Shown one piece after another: positions 38,701 to 46,949 of a DNA stretch of 64,000 nucleotides. The notes under the pieces are model-generated. The model did not search any database. It worked only from the letters and a program-made list of their open reading frames with translations, and had not been told where the DNA came from. A program made the translations under genes and the position numbers. Source of the DNA: Patescibacteria group bacterium (lineage in GTDB: Bacteria > Patescibacteriota > Minisyncoccia > Phycocordibacterales > WO2-35-19); assembly GCA_038065655.1 (NCBI GenBank), contig JBBTQO010000001.1, positions 2,517 through 66,516 on the forward strand. The letters are read 5' to 3'. Within the stretch, counting starts at the first letter, position 1. Each line of letters starts with the position of its first letter.

Positions 38701-38971
38701 TTGAAGGAGTACAAGAATATTCACTACCAGGAACGATTAAAGGACAAAATGATTGACAATTCGTCATATCATTAAACCATGCTTTACCTTCATAAACTGA
38801 AAATGGAGAATTCACATAAGCTGGCATATTTTCATAAGATGTGACGGTTACACCCTGAGAAGCGTTACATTGAGCGGCTGCATCTACACTAGAAGTCGGC
38901 AGAAAAACAAAAAATAAAAGTATAAAAATGAATAGAAAGTGATTTAAATTTATTTTTTTTAGGTAATTCAT
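35777..38971 (-). CDS. Giant secreted cell-surface protein with Cys-rich N-terminal region, Ig-like/Thr-rich repeats, DUF2341-like and LamG/concanavalin-like domains
   Basis: 1064 aa; signal peptide; DUF2341-like segment (GGIWGYRKIFQIDDAKVPATQSNFPVMISL...KIYMYYGN); LamG-like segment (..WHHIAITYNGSS...LDGV...GKLDEFRLSN). Confidence 0.6.
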   Translation of the reverse strand: MNYLKKINLNHFLFIFILLFFVFLPTSSVDAAAQCNASQGVTVTSYENMPAYVNSPFSVYEGKAWFNDMTNCQSFCPLIVPGSEYSCTPSTYPPIGVICTNYPFKHNVGTTYNTSLDYCAAGTTDTGGGTYCLPELMGCKSTANGGVITLVEDKPIGGGWCQRTYSCSETKITGSKRTVSPSSCAPEFVGTQPGCLFQEPTGVYCEYYKPGGSYTDTYNCEPPSPPTGVDVKATIWNDGGRSVIFGSQTGDGPLWAYGQAPYKITWGAVGNASSCTLNGSPVSVSGGTVDTYTYPLNTTSLVYTLSCTSSSGDTASNSVIINIPPPPTNGSGSCPSPGNLGSFSWIAPTQSVGGISSWGTFYTRLYELPAWTSLTGSTAWDNNFVGTAKTNFLTTAGISYYWGVQTKLTSSPYSWSDPIGGQIDCVNTSSPDLTPGVITPTAATAGTPQAFSSTITNSGTAATGASFNNFFRVATGAGGTGTVSTISVTQLGALNAGASGTVISSSYTFPSAGTYSVQVCADNNASMVGTITESNEGNNCSAWTTVTVSAAGGGVVNPSCTDATPWYSTGGIWGYRKIFQIDDAKVPATQSNFPVMISLTSDAGLQANARPDGFDILFTNSSGTKLDHEIEKYVSGTGELIAWVKVPSLSSTADTKIYMYYGNPSAINQQNVAGTWDSNYAAVYHYPNGSTLSALDSTINNKNGTISGASATTGKIDGSASFGGSTNMHKITSTITATAQRTWETWFFVNAIDASARRFWEHGNLKDQLFIDSTNLLQFQVGWSGAAAWRIPTPSTGAWHHIAITYNGSSISNDPIYYLDGVAQSVTEVTAPSGTLQTGSATLTIGNRSLNDRAFNGKLDEFRLSNSIRSAQWIATEYNNQSNPAMFYGVSAQCPLPVSTTANISADSTNIPYNTATNITWSSTNATSCSVSPTGWTGLSGTQSTGNLTASKTYTLSCNPGPVSDSVTVNVAPPIGSDYNLCIVKSGQGTVSRNPTGIPDIPNCWTYDEGDDVILTAQIVSGRIFTGWGGDGTSCGRNISCTINMSGNKTVIANFAVDPNYKEF

Positions 38972-38978
38972 ATAAATT

Positions 38979-39458
38979 TTATTTTTGGCTAAAGTGAACT
39001 TGAACTTCTACTTTTTTGCTTTGAGAATTTTCAGTTATAAATATATTTAATGTTGTATTATTTTTTTGTCCTGTGAGAGACATTACTTTGGGAACTACCT
39101 CCATTACAAATGGATTCCAGCCACCTGTCTCCATATATGTCCTGAATGTGTCCACATTCTCATTAAAAGAAAAAGGACTATCCCAAACCAAAGTATATTC
39201 TAAATAGCCATTTATTTCCCTCTGAAATTCTTGCGTTGGAGTAGCGCCATTTACAGGCAAAGGAAAATCACTCGGCACAAGCTCTTTTTTAGATTCAGTG
39301 GTATTTAGAGAATACACTGGCACTTGGGGCTTTTGATTTTTATATTTATTTAACCAAAAAAGTGATAAAAATCCCACAACTAATATCATGAAAATAACAA
39401 TTATCCAAACAAACTTTCTTTTTTTTTGGGTCTCTTCCATTGTATTTGAAAATAACAC
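38979..39458 (-). CDS. Hypothetical membrane-anchored protein
   Basis: 159 aa; one N-terminal TM helix; no motif. Confidence 0.35.
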   Translation of the reverse strand: MLFSNTMEETQKKRKFVWIIVIFMILVVGFLSLFWLNKYKNQKPQVPVYSLNTTESKKELVPSDFPLPVNGATPTQEFQREINGYLEYTLVWDSPFSFNENVDTFRTYMETGGWNPFVMEVVPKVMSLTGQKNNTTLNIFITENSQSKKVEVQVHFSQK

Positions 39459-39545
39459 TAAATAATTGTCTATATTATATCATTTTTTCATTATGCAAAT
39501 ACTAATCTGTTTATAAAAACTGTGCATAAGGTTTTTAAAGTTTAG

Positions 39546-39586
39546 GTATGAAAAAAGCCGTCCCGCGCGAACGCGAAACGGCTTTG
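39546..39586 (-). terminator. GC-rich rho-independent terminator of the GC-rich foreign ORF
   Basis: Minus strand: AAAGCCGtttcgcgttcgcgcgggaCGGCTTT followed by TTTTTC; a second hairpin gcgaccCGGAggtcgc lies at 39595-39610. Confidence 0.6.
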
Positions 39587-39615
39587 ATTTGTTGCGACCC
39601 GGAGGTCGCTGTGTG

Positions 39616-40458
39616 CTATTTAGAGAAGAGGCGCCTGTACTGGGCTTGGAGGGAAGCATTTGCGTCAACCTCCCCATTTGGTCCAATCACTGGGACTTCC
39701 CCACCGAGCAATGGAACAACGCACGACACCCCATGTTTGTCCGACAGGTGAACGAATAGGGGTTCCCCGACCAGAAAAGCACTCATAGGAACTTCAATCT
39801 TTTCGACTGAGTAATCCCCGGAATAGACCTTCTGAAAGGTTGCTTCGTTCCCACTGTTATCCTGAACGAGTTGGAATACGACAGCTTGCGTGGGTCCATT
39901 TCCACCAATCTCGACGGATAGTTTGTTGTCGCTTGAGCTCTTACTCAACACGACAGCCCCCAATTCAGCAAACACAGGGAGTTCGTCTGGTACTCCCACT
40001 ACCAGTAGCGGAACCTCCGAGTGTAGAACCACACTGGAACAGGTTTTACTTGTTCTACTGGTGAGGTTTTCTGCCACCACCATATAGAGACCGGGCTGGA
40101 CCCCATTGAGCCAGAGACCATGGAAACTGTAGAGATGCCGTTGCGCTTGGAATCTCCCGGCAAACCCTGAAGACACCATATTCCCGAGTTGGAGTTTTCC
40201 TGTGCCATTCCCCACCTGCATCATGTACCACAGCCCGTCGTATTTGATGGCGTGGTACAACTGAAAAGTTGCCTCATATTCACTGACACAGGTCGGACTG
40301 ACCTGGATGACCCCGAGATCAATCCCATCATTAGTCTTGGTCAACGTCAGAGCGACGCTGGCCACCTGTTGTTCTGGCACGACCTGTGCCGGAATCACCA
40401 TCATGCTCATGCTCGACAAGAGCACGAGCAAAAACATTGAAAAGTACTTGCTGAGCAT
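39616..40458 (-). CDS. Secreted hypothetical protein encoded on a GC-rich (~50% GC) foreign cassette
   Basis: 280 aa; N-terminal signal peptide (MFLLVLLSSMSMMVIPA); codon usage and GC content strikingly different from the flanks (~35%); no recognisable family. Confidence 0.5.
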   Translation of the reverse strand: MLSKYFSMFLLVLLSSMSMMVIPAQVVPEQQVASVALTLTKTNDGIDLGVIQVSPTCVSEYEATFQLYHAIKYDGLWYMMQVGNGTGKLQLGNMVSSGFAGRFQAQRHLYSFHGLWLNGVQPGLYMVVAENLTSRTSKTCSSVVLHSEVPLLVVGVPDELPVFAELGAVVLSKSSSDNKLSVEIGGNGPTQAVVFQLVQDNSGNEATFQKVYSGDYSVEKIEVPMSAFLVGEPLFVHLSDKHGVSCVVPLLGGEVPVIGPNGEVDANASLQAQYRRLFSK

Positions 40459-40569
40459 GTTGATGCCCTCCTTTTGCTATTATACAGATAACCCCAATCT
40501 TGTCAAGGGGTCATATTATTTGTCAATATTTTAGGTCGTTGTGAATTTGATGGATTATTCAAGGTCTAT

Positions 40570-42369
40570 TTACATAAAACCACTCATTTGGAGGTCCCAC
40601 AACTTTTTATAAAGTCCACTTTCTTTGTTTGAAAGTTCATCATGAGTTCCGTCTTCAACGATTGAACCTTTGTCCATAGATATTATACGGTCCATTTTTT
40701 TGATGGTAGAAAGTCTGTGTGCGATGACGATGGTGGTGCAGTTTTCCATTAAGATTTTCAAAGCATCTTGAATGAGCGATTCGGAATAGGAATCTAAACT
40801 TGAAGTAGCTTCATCAAAAATTAGAATAGGAGCCTTTTTGAGGATTGCTCTGGCGATGGCTATCCGCTGGCGCTCTCCACCAGAAAGCTTAATTCCCCGC
40901 TCACCGACATACGTCTCATATTTCAAAGGTAAATTTTCGATAAATTCATCACAATGAGCGAGTCTGGAAGCCTCTTTGACTTCTTCGTCAGAAACATTTC
41001 GGCAACCATAACGGATATTTTCCAGTAGTGTTCGATGAAAAAGGACAGGATCTTGTGGCACGAAACTTATGTTTTCCCTTAAACTGTCTTGGGTGATAGT
41101 GCGGATATTTTGACCATCAATAATGATAGAGCCAGAGGTCAAATCATATAGGCGCATTATAAGTCTTACAAAAGTCGTTTTGCCTGAACCTGAGTGTCCC
41201 ACCAGCGCCACCTTTTCTCCACTCTTTATTGTTAGATTTATATTGTTTAATGTTTTATTTCCTTGATTGAATTCAAACGACACATTATCAAAAACTATTT
41301 CTCCCTTGGTTACAATTAATTTTTTTGCATTGGGCAAATCTTCTATATCGTGTTTGGTAATTAATATGTCAACCATTTCTTTGGAATCGGCCAAACTTTG
41401 AAAGATACTGCGAATAATTTTGTTTAGTCCCCAAAGTTGTTGAGATAGGCCGATTATGTAGGTTTGAGCCAATACAAAGGTTCCTATAGTGATTAATCCC
41501 CTTTCCCAATATTTTATAGCGTAATAAAACACGAAGAACTCTACCAAAAAAATGAGCAATACTTGTATTCCATCAACTAATTCGGCTAATCGCCAAGAAA
41601 ATAGGGTTTTTCTAGCCTGTTCGTTAGAAATTTTTTGGAAACCCTTAGATTCGTGTTTGTGTCCTGTAAAAAAGGATATGGCGTTGTTATTTGTGATTGA
41701 ATCTGCCAAATAACCAGTAGTGTGGGAATCAGCTTCAGCAGACAATTTGTCATATTTTAATTTCCATGTTGAAAATGAAATACTAAATACTGATATGATA
41801 AATACCCATGAAATCATAATAATAGAAACTATTGGGGCGATGAAATACATTATCCATATTGAACCGACGACGGTTATAACAAGCGGTATGAGATTAAAAG
41901 CGAGACTATCGGCTAGAGATTCAAATGCACGACTGAATCGGTTTACTTTTTGGACCAACCCACCACTAAAATTGTTGGCAAAAAAAGTGTGAGAATGTCC
42001 CATCATATAATCAAAAGAGTTTTGCTTCAGTTTTGCCATTACCCGCGTTTCCATCATGTCAAAGAGAAACATTCCGACTCTAAAAAAGACCCAGTTAATA
42101 GCGTGGAAAATTAATATAAAAGTTACGATTTTAATAAGGGCAAGAGCGGTTTCGCTTGGGCTCACAGATTTGCTTATAACGTCAAAAAAATCTTTATAAT
42201 ATAAAGGGATAAATAAATTAATTAAATGGGCAACAAAAAATAAAAAATATGCACTAAAAAACAAGCCTTTGACTGACCTTACTCCTTTCCAAAACTGACT
42301 CATTATTTGGCCGACAGTTGTTTCTTTGGTTGGTTTGCTTTTGGTTTCTTCTCTACCAATGGTGTCCAT
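40570..42369 (-). CDS. ABC transporter, fused permease/ATPase (type I exporter, MsbA/multidrug-like)
   Basis: 599 aa; 6 TM helices; Walker A GHSGSGKTT, signature LSGGERQRIAIARA, Walker B ILIFDEATS. Confidence 0.85.
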   Translation of the reverse strand: MDTIGREETKSKPTKETTVGQIMSQFWKGVRSVKGLFFSAYFLFFVAHLINLFIPLYYKDFFDVISKSVSPSETALALIKIVTFILIFHAINWVFFRVGMFLFDMMETRVMAKLKQNSFDYMMGHSHTFFANNFSGGLVQKVNRFSRAFESLADSLAFNLIPLVITVVGSIWIMYFIAPIVSIIMISWVFIISVFSISFSTWKLKYDKLSAEADSHTTGYLADSITNNNAISFFTGHKHESKGFQKISNEQARKTLFSWRLAELVDGIQVLLIFLVEFFVFYYAIKYWERGLITIGTFVLAQTYIIGLSQQLWGLNKIIRSIFQSLADSKEMVDILITKHDIEDLPNAKKLIVTKGEIVFDNVSFEFNQGNKTLNNINLTIKSGEKVALVGHSGSGKTTFVRLIMRLYDLTSGSIIIDGQNIRTITQDSLRENISFVPQDPVLFHRTLLENIRYGCRNVSDEEVKEASRLAHCDEFIENLPLKYETYVGERGIKLSGGERQRIAIARAILKKAPILIFDEATSSLDSYSESLIQDALKILMENCTTIVIAHRLSTIKKMDRIISMDKGSIVEDGTHDELSNKESGLYKKLWDLQMSGFM

Positions 42370-42466
42370 TATAGATATCTTAACATTATTGGATTAAAAC
42401 TTGAAGATTATTTGACAAAATGGTATAAATATATTAACTTAATAATCAGAAAGGTTGTAAAAACAA

Positions 42467-43477
42467 ATGAAAAAGAAAAAAGAGTCATTAGTCTTGGGGC
42501 GTATGTTGCAAAAAATCGCGTCTCGCATTGGGGCAACTATCATTTTGGAACCTGAATGGGGTATTGTTGGCCAAATTACCTTCAAGAGTGGCCGCTTTTC
42601 CTATTTCAGGTATAACACTGTGGATTTGAATCCAATGGGAGCTTCGGAAATTGCAAAGGATAAAGACTATGCCAACTTCTTTATGAAGCGCATGGGCTAC
42701 CCCATTGTTCCGGGCAGTAAGACATTTTTTTCGGATTCATGGGGTAAGGCTATCGGAGCATCTCATCGCAACACCCTTGCTGCTTATCGGTATGCTCAAA
42801 CGCTGGGCCTGCCGGTTATTGTAAAGCCAAACAGCGGTAGTCAAGGAAGAGGGGTCACTCTCGTTCATAACAAACGCGAATTCTACCGAGCAATGCGCAC
42901 AGTCTTTGAGATTGATCGCGTCGCTTTGGTCCAACAGCCTGTGCATGGCAAGGATTATAGAATAGTCGTTTTAGACGAAAGAGTGATTTCAGCTTACGAG
43001 CGGATACCACTCAATGTTATTGGCAACGGGAGGTCAACGATAAGTAATTTGCTCAAAAAGAAGCAGCAAGAATTCGTTGCTTCAAGCCGTGACACCAATA
43101 TCAAGAAGAATGACCCTCGCATAACTGAGAAGCTGAAGCATCAAGGGTTAAATCTTCAGTCAGTTTTGGCTCAAGGGGAGAGGGTTTTTCTTCTTGATAA
43201 TGCCAATCTGTCTGCTGGTGGAGATTCGGCAGATGTCACAGCAAACATGCACCCAACCTTTGGTAAGATTGCCATAAAGCTGACCAAAGATATGGGGCTT
43301 CGTTTGTGTGGGGTTGATCTTATGATTGATGGCGACATCAGCCAAAAATCATCACCTTTTTGGGTCCTTGAGATTAATTCTGCACCTGGTCTTGATCACT
43401 ATTCAAGGTCCGGTAAGGCGCAGGAGAAAATTGTTGAGGATTTATATCTCGAAGTACTGAAAAGTATGGAGAGATAA
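42467..43477 (+). CDS. Standalone ATP-grasp ligase resembling the ATP-grasp (G) domain of cyanophycin synthetase CphA
   Basis: 336 aa; motifs IVKPNSGSQGRGV, DYRIVVLDERVISAYERIPLNVIGNGRSTI, DNANLSAGGDSADVT, VLEINSAPG. From memory these align with the CphA ATP-grasp core (..VIGDGRSTI.., ..ANLSTGG.., ..EVNAAPG..); also RimK/CofF-like. Confidence 0.65.
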   Translation: MKKKKESLVLGRMLQKIASRIGATIILEPEWGIVGQITFKSGRFSYFRYNTVDLNPMGASEIAKDKDYANFFMKRMGYPIVPGSKTFFSDSWGKAIGASHRNTLAAYRYAQTLGLPVIVKPNSGSQGRGVTLVHNKREFYRAMRTVFEIDRVALVQQPVHGKDYRIVVLDERVISAYERIPLNVIGNGRSTISNLLKKKQQEFVASSRDTNIKKNDPRITEKLKHQGLNLQSVLAQGERVFLLDNANLSAGGDSADVTANMHPTFGKIAIKLTKDMGLRLCGVDLMIDGDISQKSSPFWVLEINSAPGLDHYSRSGKAQEKIVEDLYLEVLKSMER

Positions 43478-43520
43478 TGCTGGGGTATCCTACCCCAGCA
43501 TTTTTTAATAAACCTTTATT

Positions 43521-43979
43521 ATGAAAACCAAATCTTCTCTTCAAAAAATAAAACAGATAATATCAAAGTATGACTCATTTATTCTTTATAAACCACTATC
43601 TGATGAAGTTGATTATAATAATTTATCTTTTCCCTTGAAATTTTTTTCAGAAAATATTATGTTGCCAAGCAATAAAAATAGCAACCCGCTCTTATGGGCA
43701 ACTAAGTGTATTTCTAAATATAAAAATAGTAATCCTTGTGTCTTAGTCCCCGGCACTCGGTTTGATATTTATGGAACCCGTCACGGAAGAGGAAAGGGTT
43801 GGTATGACCGCTTTCTTTCTAAAATACCAAAAAAATGGTTTCGAGTAGGGATTACTCATGCATCAAAATTTTCGTTATTTCCAATTTCGTTTCAAGAATG
43901 GGATGAACAGGTTGATTTGGTTATAACCCATGATGGTTTTCACTGGATGGTTTATGAGACTTCTGCTCGGAATAAGTAA
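43521..43979 (+). CDS. 5-formyltetrahydrofolate cyclo-ligase (MTHFS) family protein (short)
   Basis: 152 aa; motif VLVPGTRFDIYGTRHGRGKGWYDRFL matches the 5-FCL family PG..FD..G.R.G.G.GYYDR core. Confidence 0.6.
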   Translation: MKTKSSLQKIKQIISKYDSFILYKPLSDEVDYNNLSFPLKFFSENIMLPSNKNSNPLLWATKCISKYKNSNPCVLVPGTRFDIYGTRHGRGKGWYDRFLSKIPKKWFRVGITHASKFSLFPISFQEWDEQVDLVITHDGFHWMVYETSARNK

Positions 43980-44658
43980 ATATCTTTGAGTAAATATCTG
44001 TCTTTGGTGAAAGTGCCAAACTTGTCTTTTTAAATGTTTTTTTATTTGTAAATTCTATGGGAGCATTTTTGATTATAACAATAGGAATTTGTTCAATTCC
44101 TTCCCCCATTACAAGCACTGCGCTAGTTGCTAAGGCATCAGCAATATTGCTTTGAGTTAGACGACTTTTCCGCCCAAATAAATCTTTTTTCCCGATGTAA
44201 CTCCTCAATGGATTAAAACCAATATATGCAATCGGTCTGCCAACGGTACCAACCCTAAGTGGTATACTTTTTGTGTCTGTGATGATAACGCCAATATGTT
44301 TGAGAGAAAAATGTTTCAGCAAATTTTTTTGTATTTGCTCGGCAACTTTAAAAGGATTTTTTGGTAAAAGAATTACATTATTTTTTGCATTTGATTCATC
44401 GATTCCCGCATTGATGCACCACTCCCCTTCAGTTAGGGTAAGCAAAGCCCAAGGGGTCTCAATTATTTTTTGAGAATTTTTCTTTATTAATTTTTCTTTA
44501 TCCTTTATTTTTCCAGTTCTTCCTTGAGACAGGGCGATAATTTTTGAGGTAATAACAATGATATCGTTATCATTAAGAGAGTTAATTTGCTTATGTAAAA
44601 AATTTATTAAATTTTCGTTTTCCTTAAAGATTGGAGTTTTGATAGCCAGTATTTGCAT
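43921..44658 (-). CDS. CofE-like F420-0:gamma-glutamyl ligase family protein
   Basis: 245 aa; motifs VITSKIIALSQGR and ADALATSAVLVMGEGIEQIPIVII characteristic of the CofE/FbiB-N gamma-glutamyl ligase fold; 3' end overlaps the convergent 5-FCL gene by 59 nt. Confidence 0.6.
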   Translation of the reverse strand: MQILAIKTPIFKENENLINFLHKQINSLNDNDIIVITSKIIALSQGRTGKIKDKEKLIKKNSQKIIETPWALLTLTEGEWCINAGIDESNAKNNVILLPKNPFKVAEQIQKNLLKHFSLKHIGVIITDTKSIPLRVGTVGRPIAYIGFNPLRSYIGKKDLFGRKSRLTQSNIADALATSAVLVMGEGIEQIPIVIIKNAPIEFTNKKTFKKTSLALSPKTDIYSKIFTYSEQKSHKPSSENHHGL

Positions 44659-44670
44659 AAAAGAATTTAA

Positions 44671-45738
44671 TTACATTCCCTCTTCTTTTAATTTTTGGAC
44701 CGCTTCGTTTTTGGATCTTTCGACCATAAATTTTACAGCCTCGTTCATATTTATATTTTGGATTTTTATGTTCGGTCTTTTGTCTTTAAAAACTCGGTAT
44801 ATTTCATCAGCAAAAGCTTGACCGATTGTCGGTACGCGGTCATAATCCATTATGATTATTTTAAATTTTTCAAGACCTGATAATATTCTGCGGGCTTGTG
44901 ATCTAGATATATGAATTCCGCCCATTGTGTATAAACGCACCCTTATTTCAGTCTTATCAAAACCATAATCGCCATCTTTCTCCATATCGGTATGTTCTTT
45001 AAAAATATCATTCAAGTGGCGGGTGTTGCTTGTATCAATGCGAAAAGTCACCCTGGTTCCCTGTTTTTGCCCTTTGGTTTTTTTAATAAAAACATCTTTT
45101 ATTTTATTGTTTACCGTTAACTCATAACCATAACTGTCCAATATAAATTCGTCCCCCGCTTTTGAGGTAAAAAATATACCCTCTCCGGAATGAAGCTTGG
45201 GGGCGGTTGTTGTTTTACCCTTCAATAGATCTTGGATTGCTTCCATTTCTGAATTTAATCTCCTTTTCTCCATAATATTTTTGAAAACTCCTACGCCAAA
45301 ATCATCAACTATAAAAAATAAAGTGTTTTTGTTTAAACCAACAGAGAATTTTATTTTTTCAGATTTTGAATGTTCAATGGCGTTATTAAACATCTCGGAA
45401 AAAGCGTATTCAAAAATACTTTTTATGTTTTCAGGAAATTTAGCCAGATTTTGAAAATTGTGTTCAATGTCGTCAAAAATTTTGTGTTCCTCTAGTTGCT
45501 TGTTTATCAATGTTTTTGAATAACTCGCTGGGATAAGACTGGGATTTTTTTGCAGATACTCCGCTGTGACATAAATAGCTGATCTGGTTGAGCCAATCTT
45601 CACAAGTTTTTTTTCGGTTACAAGTTTGGATATAAGTTTTGAGGCGTATTGCCTAGATACACCAAAATCACCAATAAAATCTATTGTTTTTATAGTTCCC
45701 TTTTTACTAGCCAGATTCAATATTTTTTGGGTGGTAAG
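44671..45738 (-). CDS. Fusion regulator: winged HTH + GHKL/histidine-kinase-like ATPase (RsbW-like) + STAS-like (DUF4325-like) domain
   Basis: Start chosen at MLTTQ. N-terminal wHTH (..FGVSRQYASKLISKLV..). HATPase N-box NAIEHS, G1 DDFGVG, G2 GEGIFF. C-terminal ~90 aa resembles STAS/DUF4325. Located immediately downstream of dnaJ. Confidence 0.55.
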   Translation of the reverse strand, partial: LTTQKILNLASKKGTIKTIDFIGDFGVSRQYASKLISKLVTEKKLVKIGSTRSAIYVTAEYLQKNPSLIPASYSKTLINKQLEEHKIFDDIEHNFQNLAKFPENIKSIFEYAFSEMFNNAIEHSKSEKIKFSVGLNKNTLFFIVDDFGVGVFKNIMEKRRLNSEMEAIQDLLKGKTTTAPKLHSGEGIFFTSKAGDEFILDSYGYELTVNNKIKDVFIKKTKGQKQGTRVTFRIDTSNTRHLNDIFKEHTDMEKDGDYGFDKTEIRVRLYTMGGIHISRSQARRILSGLEKFKIIIMDYDRVPTIGQAFADEIYRVFKDKRPNIKIQNINMNEAVKFMVERSKNEAVQKLKEEGM

Positions 45739-45809
45739 CATATGTAAACACAATTGTAAACCTATGGTTAGTGATTGTCAACCAATTGTCAACTAACTGT
45801 TAAATACTC

Positions 45810-46925
45810 CTAAATTCCCTCTTGTTTGAGCCGCTCAATTGCTTCGCGGGCAGATTTGGAGAGTTTTTTGGGAAGGGCCACGCGGACATGAATCAAAATA
45901 TCACCACGATTGCGGTTTTGATTTGGCACACCCTTGCCTTTGATTTGCAAAATATCACCGGTGTTTACACCTTCTGGAATATTAAGAGTCGAAAGTCCGT
46001 CCAATGTTTGGATATCTATTTTGGCGCCAAGTAAGGCATCAGAAAGTTTAACATTTAAATTCATTATCAAATCATTGCCTTCTTTGTGAAAGGTTTTGTG
46101 TTTTTTGACGTGAGTTTTTATATAGAGGTCACCCGAAGTACCGCCCTTAATCGCTTCCCCGCCTCCAGAAAAACGAATCATCTCGCCGTTGTCTATGCCA
46201 ACCGGAATTTTTATTTTTATTTCTTCTTCTTTTTTGAGAATACCTAAACCATCACAGATATTGCACTTTTCTTTTGGCACTTTGCCATTACCGGTGCAAG
46301 CTTCACAGGTACGAGTCATTTCAATAGAGCCAAAAATGGACCTCTTCATTTCTCTGATTTTGCCTTTGCCGTTGCAGGTCTGACAGGTGATTTGCTCTGT
46401 CCCCTTTTTGCCACCGGTACCGTTGCAGGTCTGACAAACTGAAATTTTATTTAAAAGAATAGAACGGTCTACACCAAAAACGGCTTCTTCAAAATTAAGC
46501 TCTATATCAATTGAAATATCTCTCCCTCGCTTCGCTCGGGATCTTCGATTCCCACCACCAAAAAATTCACCAAATATATCTCCTAAATCAAATCCTTCGG
46601 CTGAAAAACCCCCCGCACCTGCGGGGCCATTGGTAAAACCCGAAAAATCAAAGCCAGATTGCTGAGCAAAATCCTGCCAATTACCCTGGAAGCCATTAAA
46701 ACCCCCACCATTGCCACCAGCAAAAGTTTGACCGTAAGTGTCGTATTGAGCTCTTTTTTGGTCATCAGAAAGGACGCTGTAAGCTTCGTTGGCCTCTTTA
46801 AATTTCTCAGCATCTCCACCTTTTTTATCGGGATGATATTTGTGGGCTAGCGTTCTAAAAGCCTTTTTAATCTCGTCTTTTGAGGCTTTTTTGTCTATGC
46901 CTAAAATGTCGTAGTAATTTTTCAT
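45810..46925 (-). CDS. dnaJ: Chaperone DnaJ
   Basis: J domain YYDILGIDKKASKDEIKKAFRTLAHKYHPDK, G/F-rich region, four CxxCxGxG zinc-finger repeats. Confidence 0.9.
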   Translation of the reverse strand: MKNYYDILGIDKKASKDEIKKAFRTLAHKYHPDKKGGDAEKFKEANEAYSVLSDDQKRAQYDTYGQTFAGGNGGGFNGFQGNWQDFAQQSGFDFSGFTNGPAGAGGFSAEGFDLGDIFGEFFGGGNRRSRAKRGRDISIDIELNFEEAVFGVDRSILLNKISVCQTCNGTGGKKGTEQITCQTCNGKGKIREMKRSIFGSIEMTRTCEACTGNGKVPKEKCNICDGLGILKKEEEIKIKIPVGIDNGEMIRFSGGGEAIKGGTSGDLYIKTHVKKHKTFHKEGNDLIMNLNVKLSDALLGAKIDIQTLDGLSTLNIPEGVNTGDILQIKGKGVPNQNRNRGDILIHVRVALPKKLSKSAREAIERLKQEGI

Positions 46926-46949
46926 AATTACGACCATTATATCAAATTT

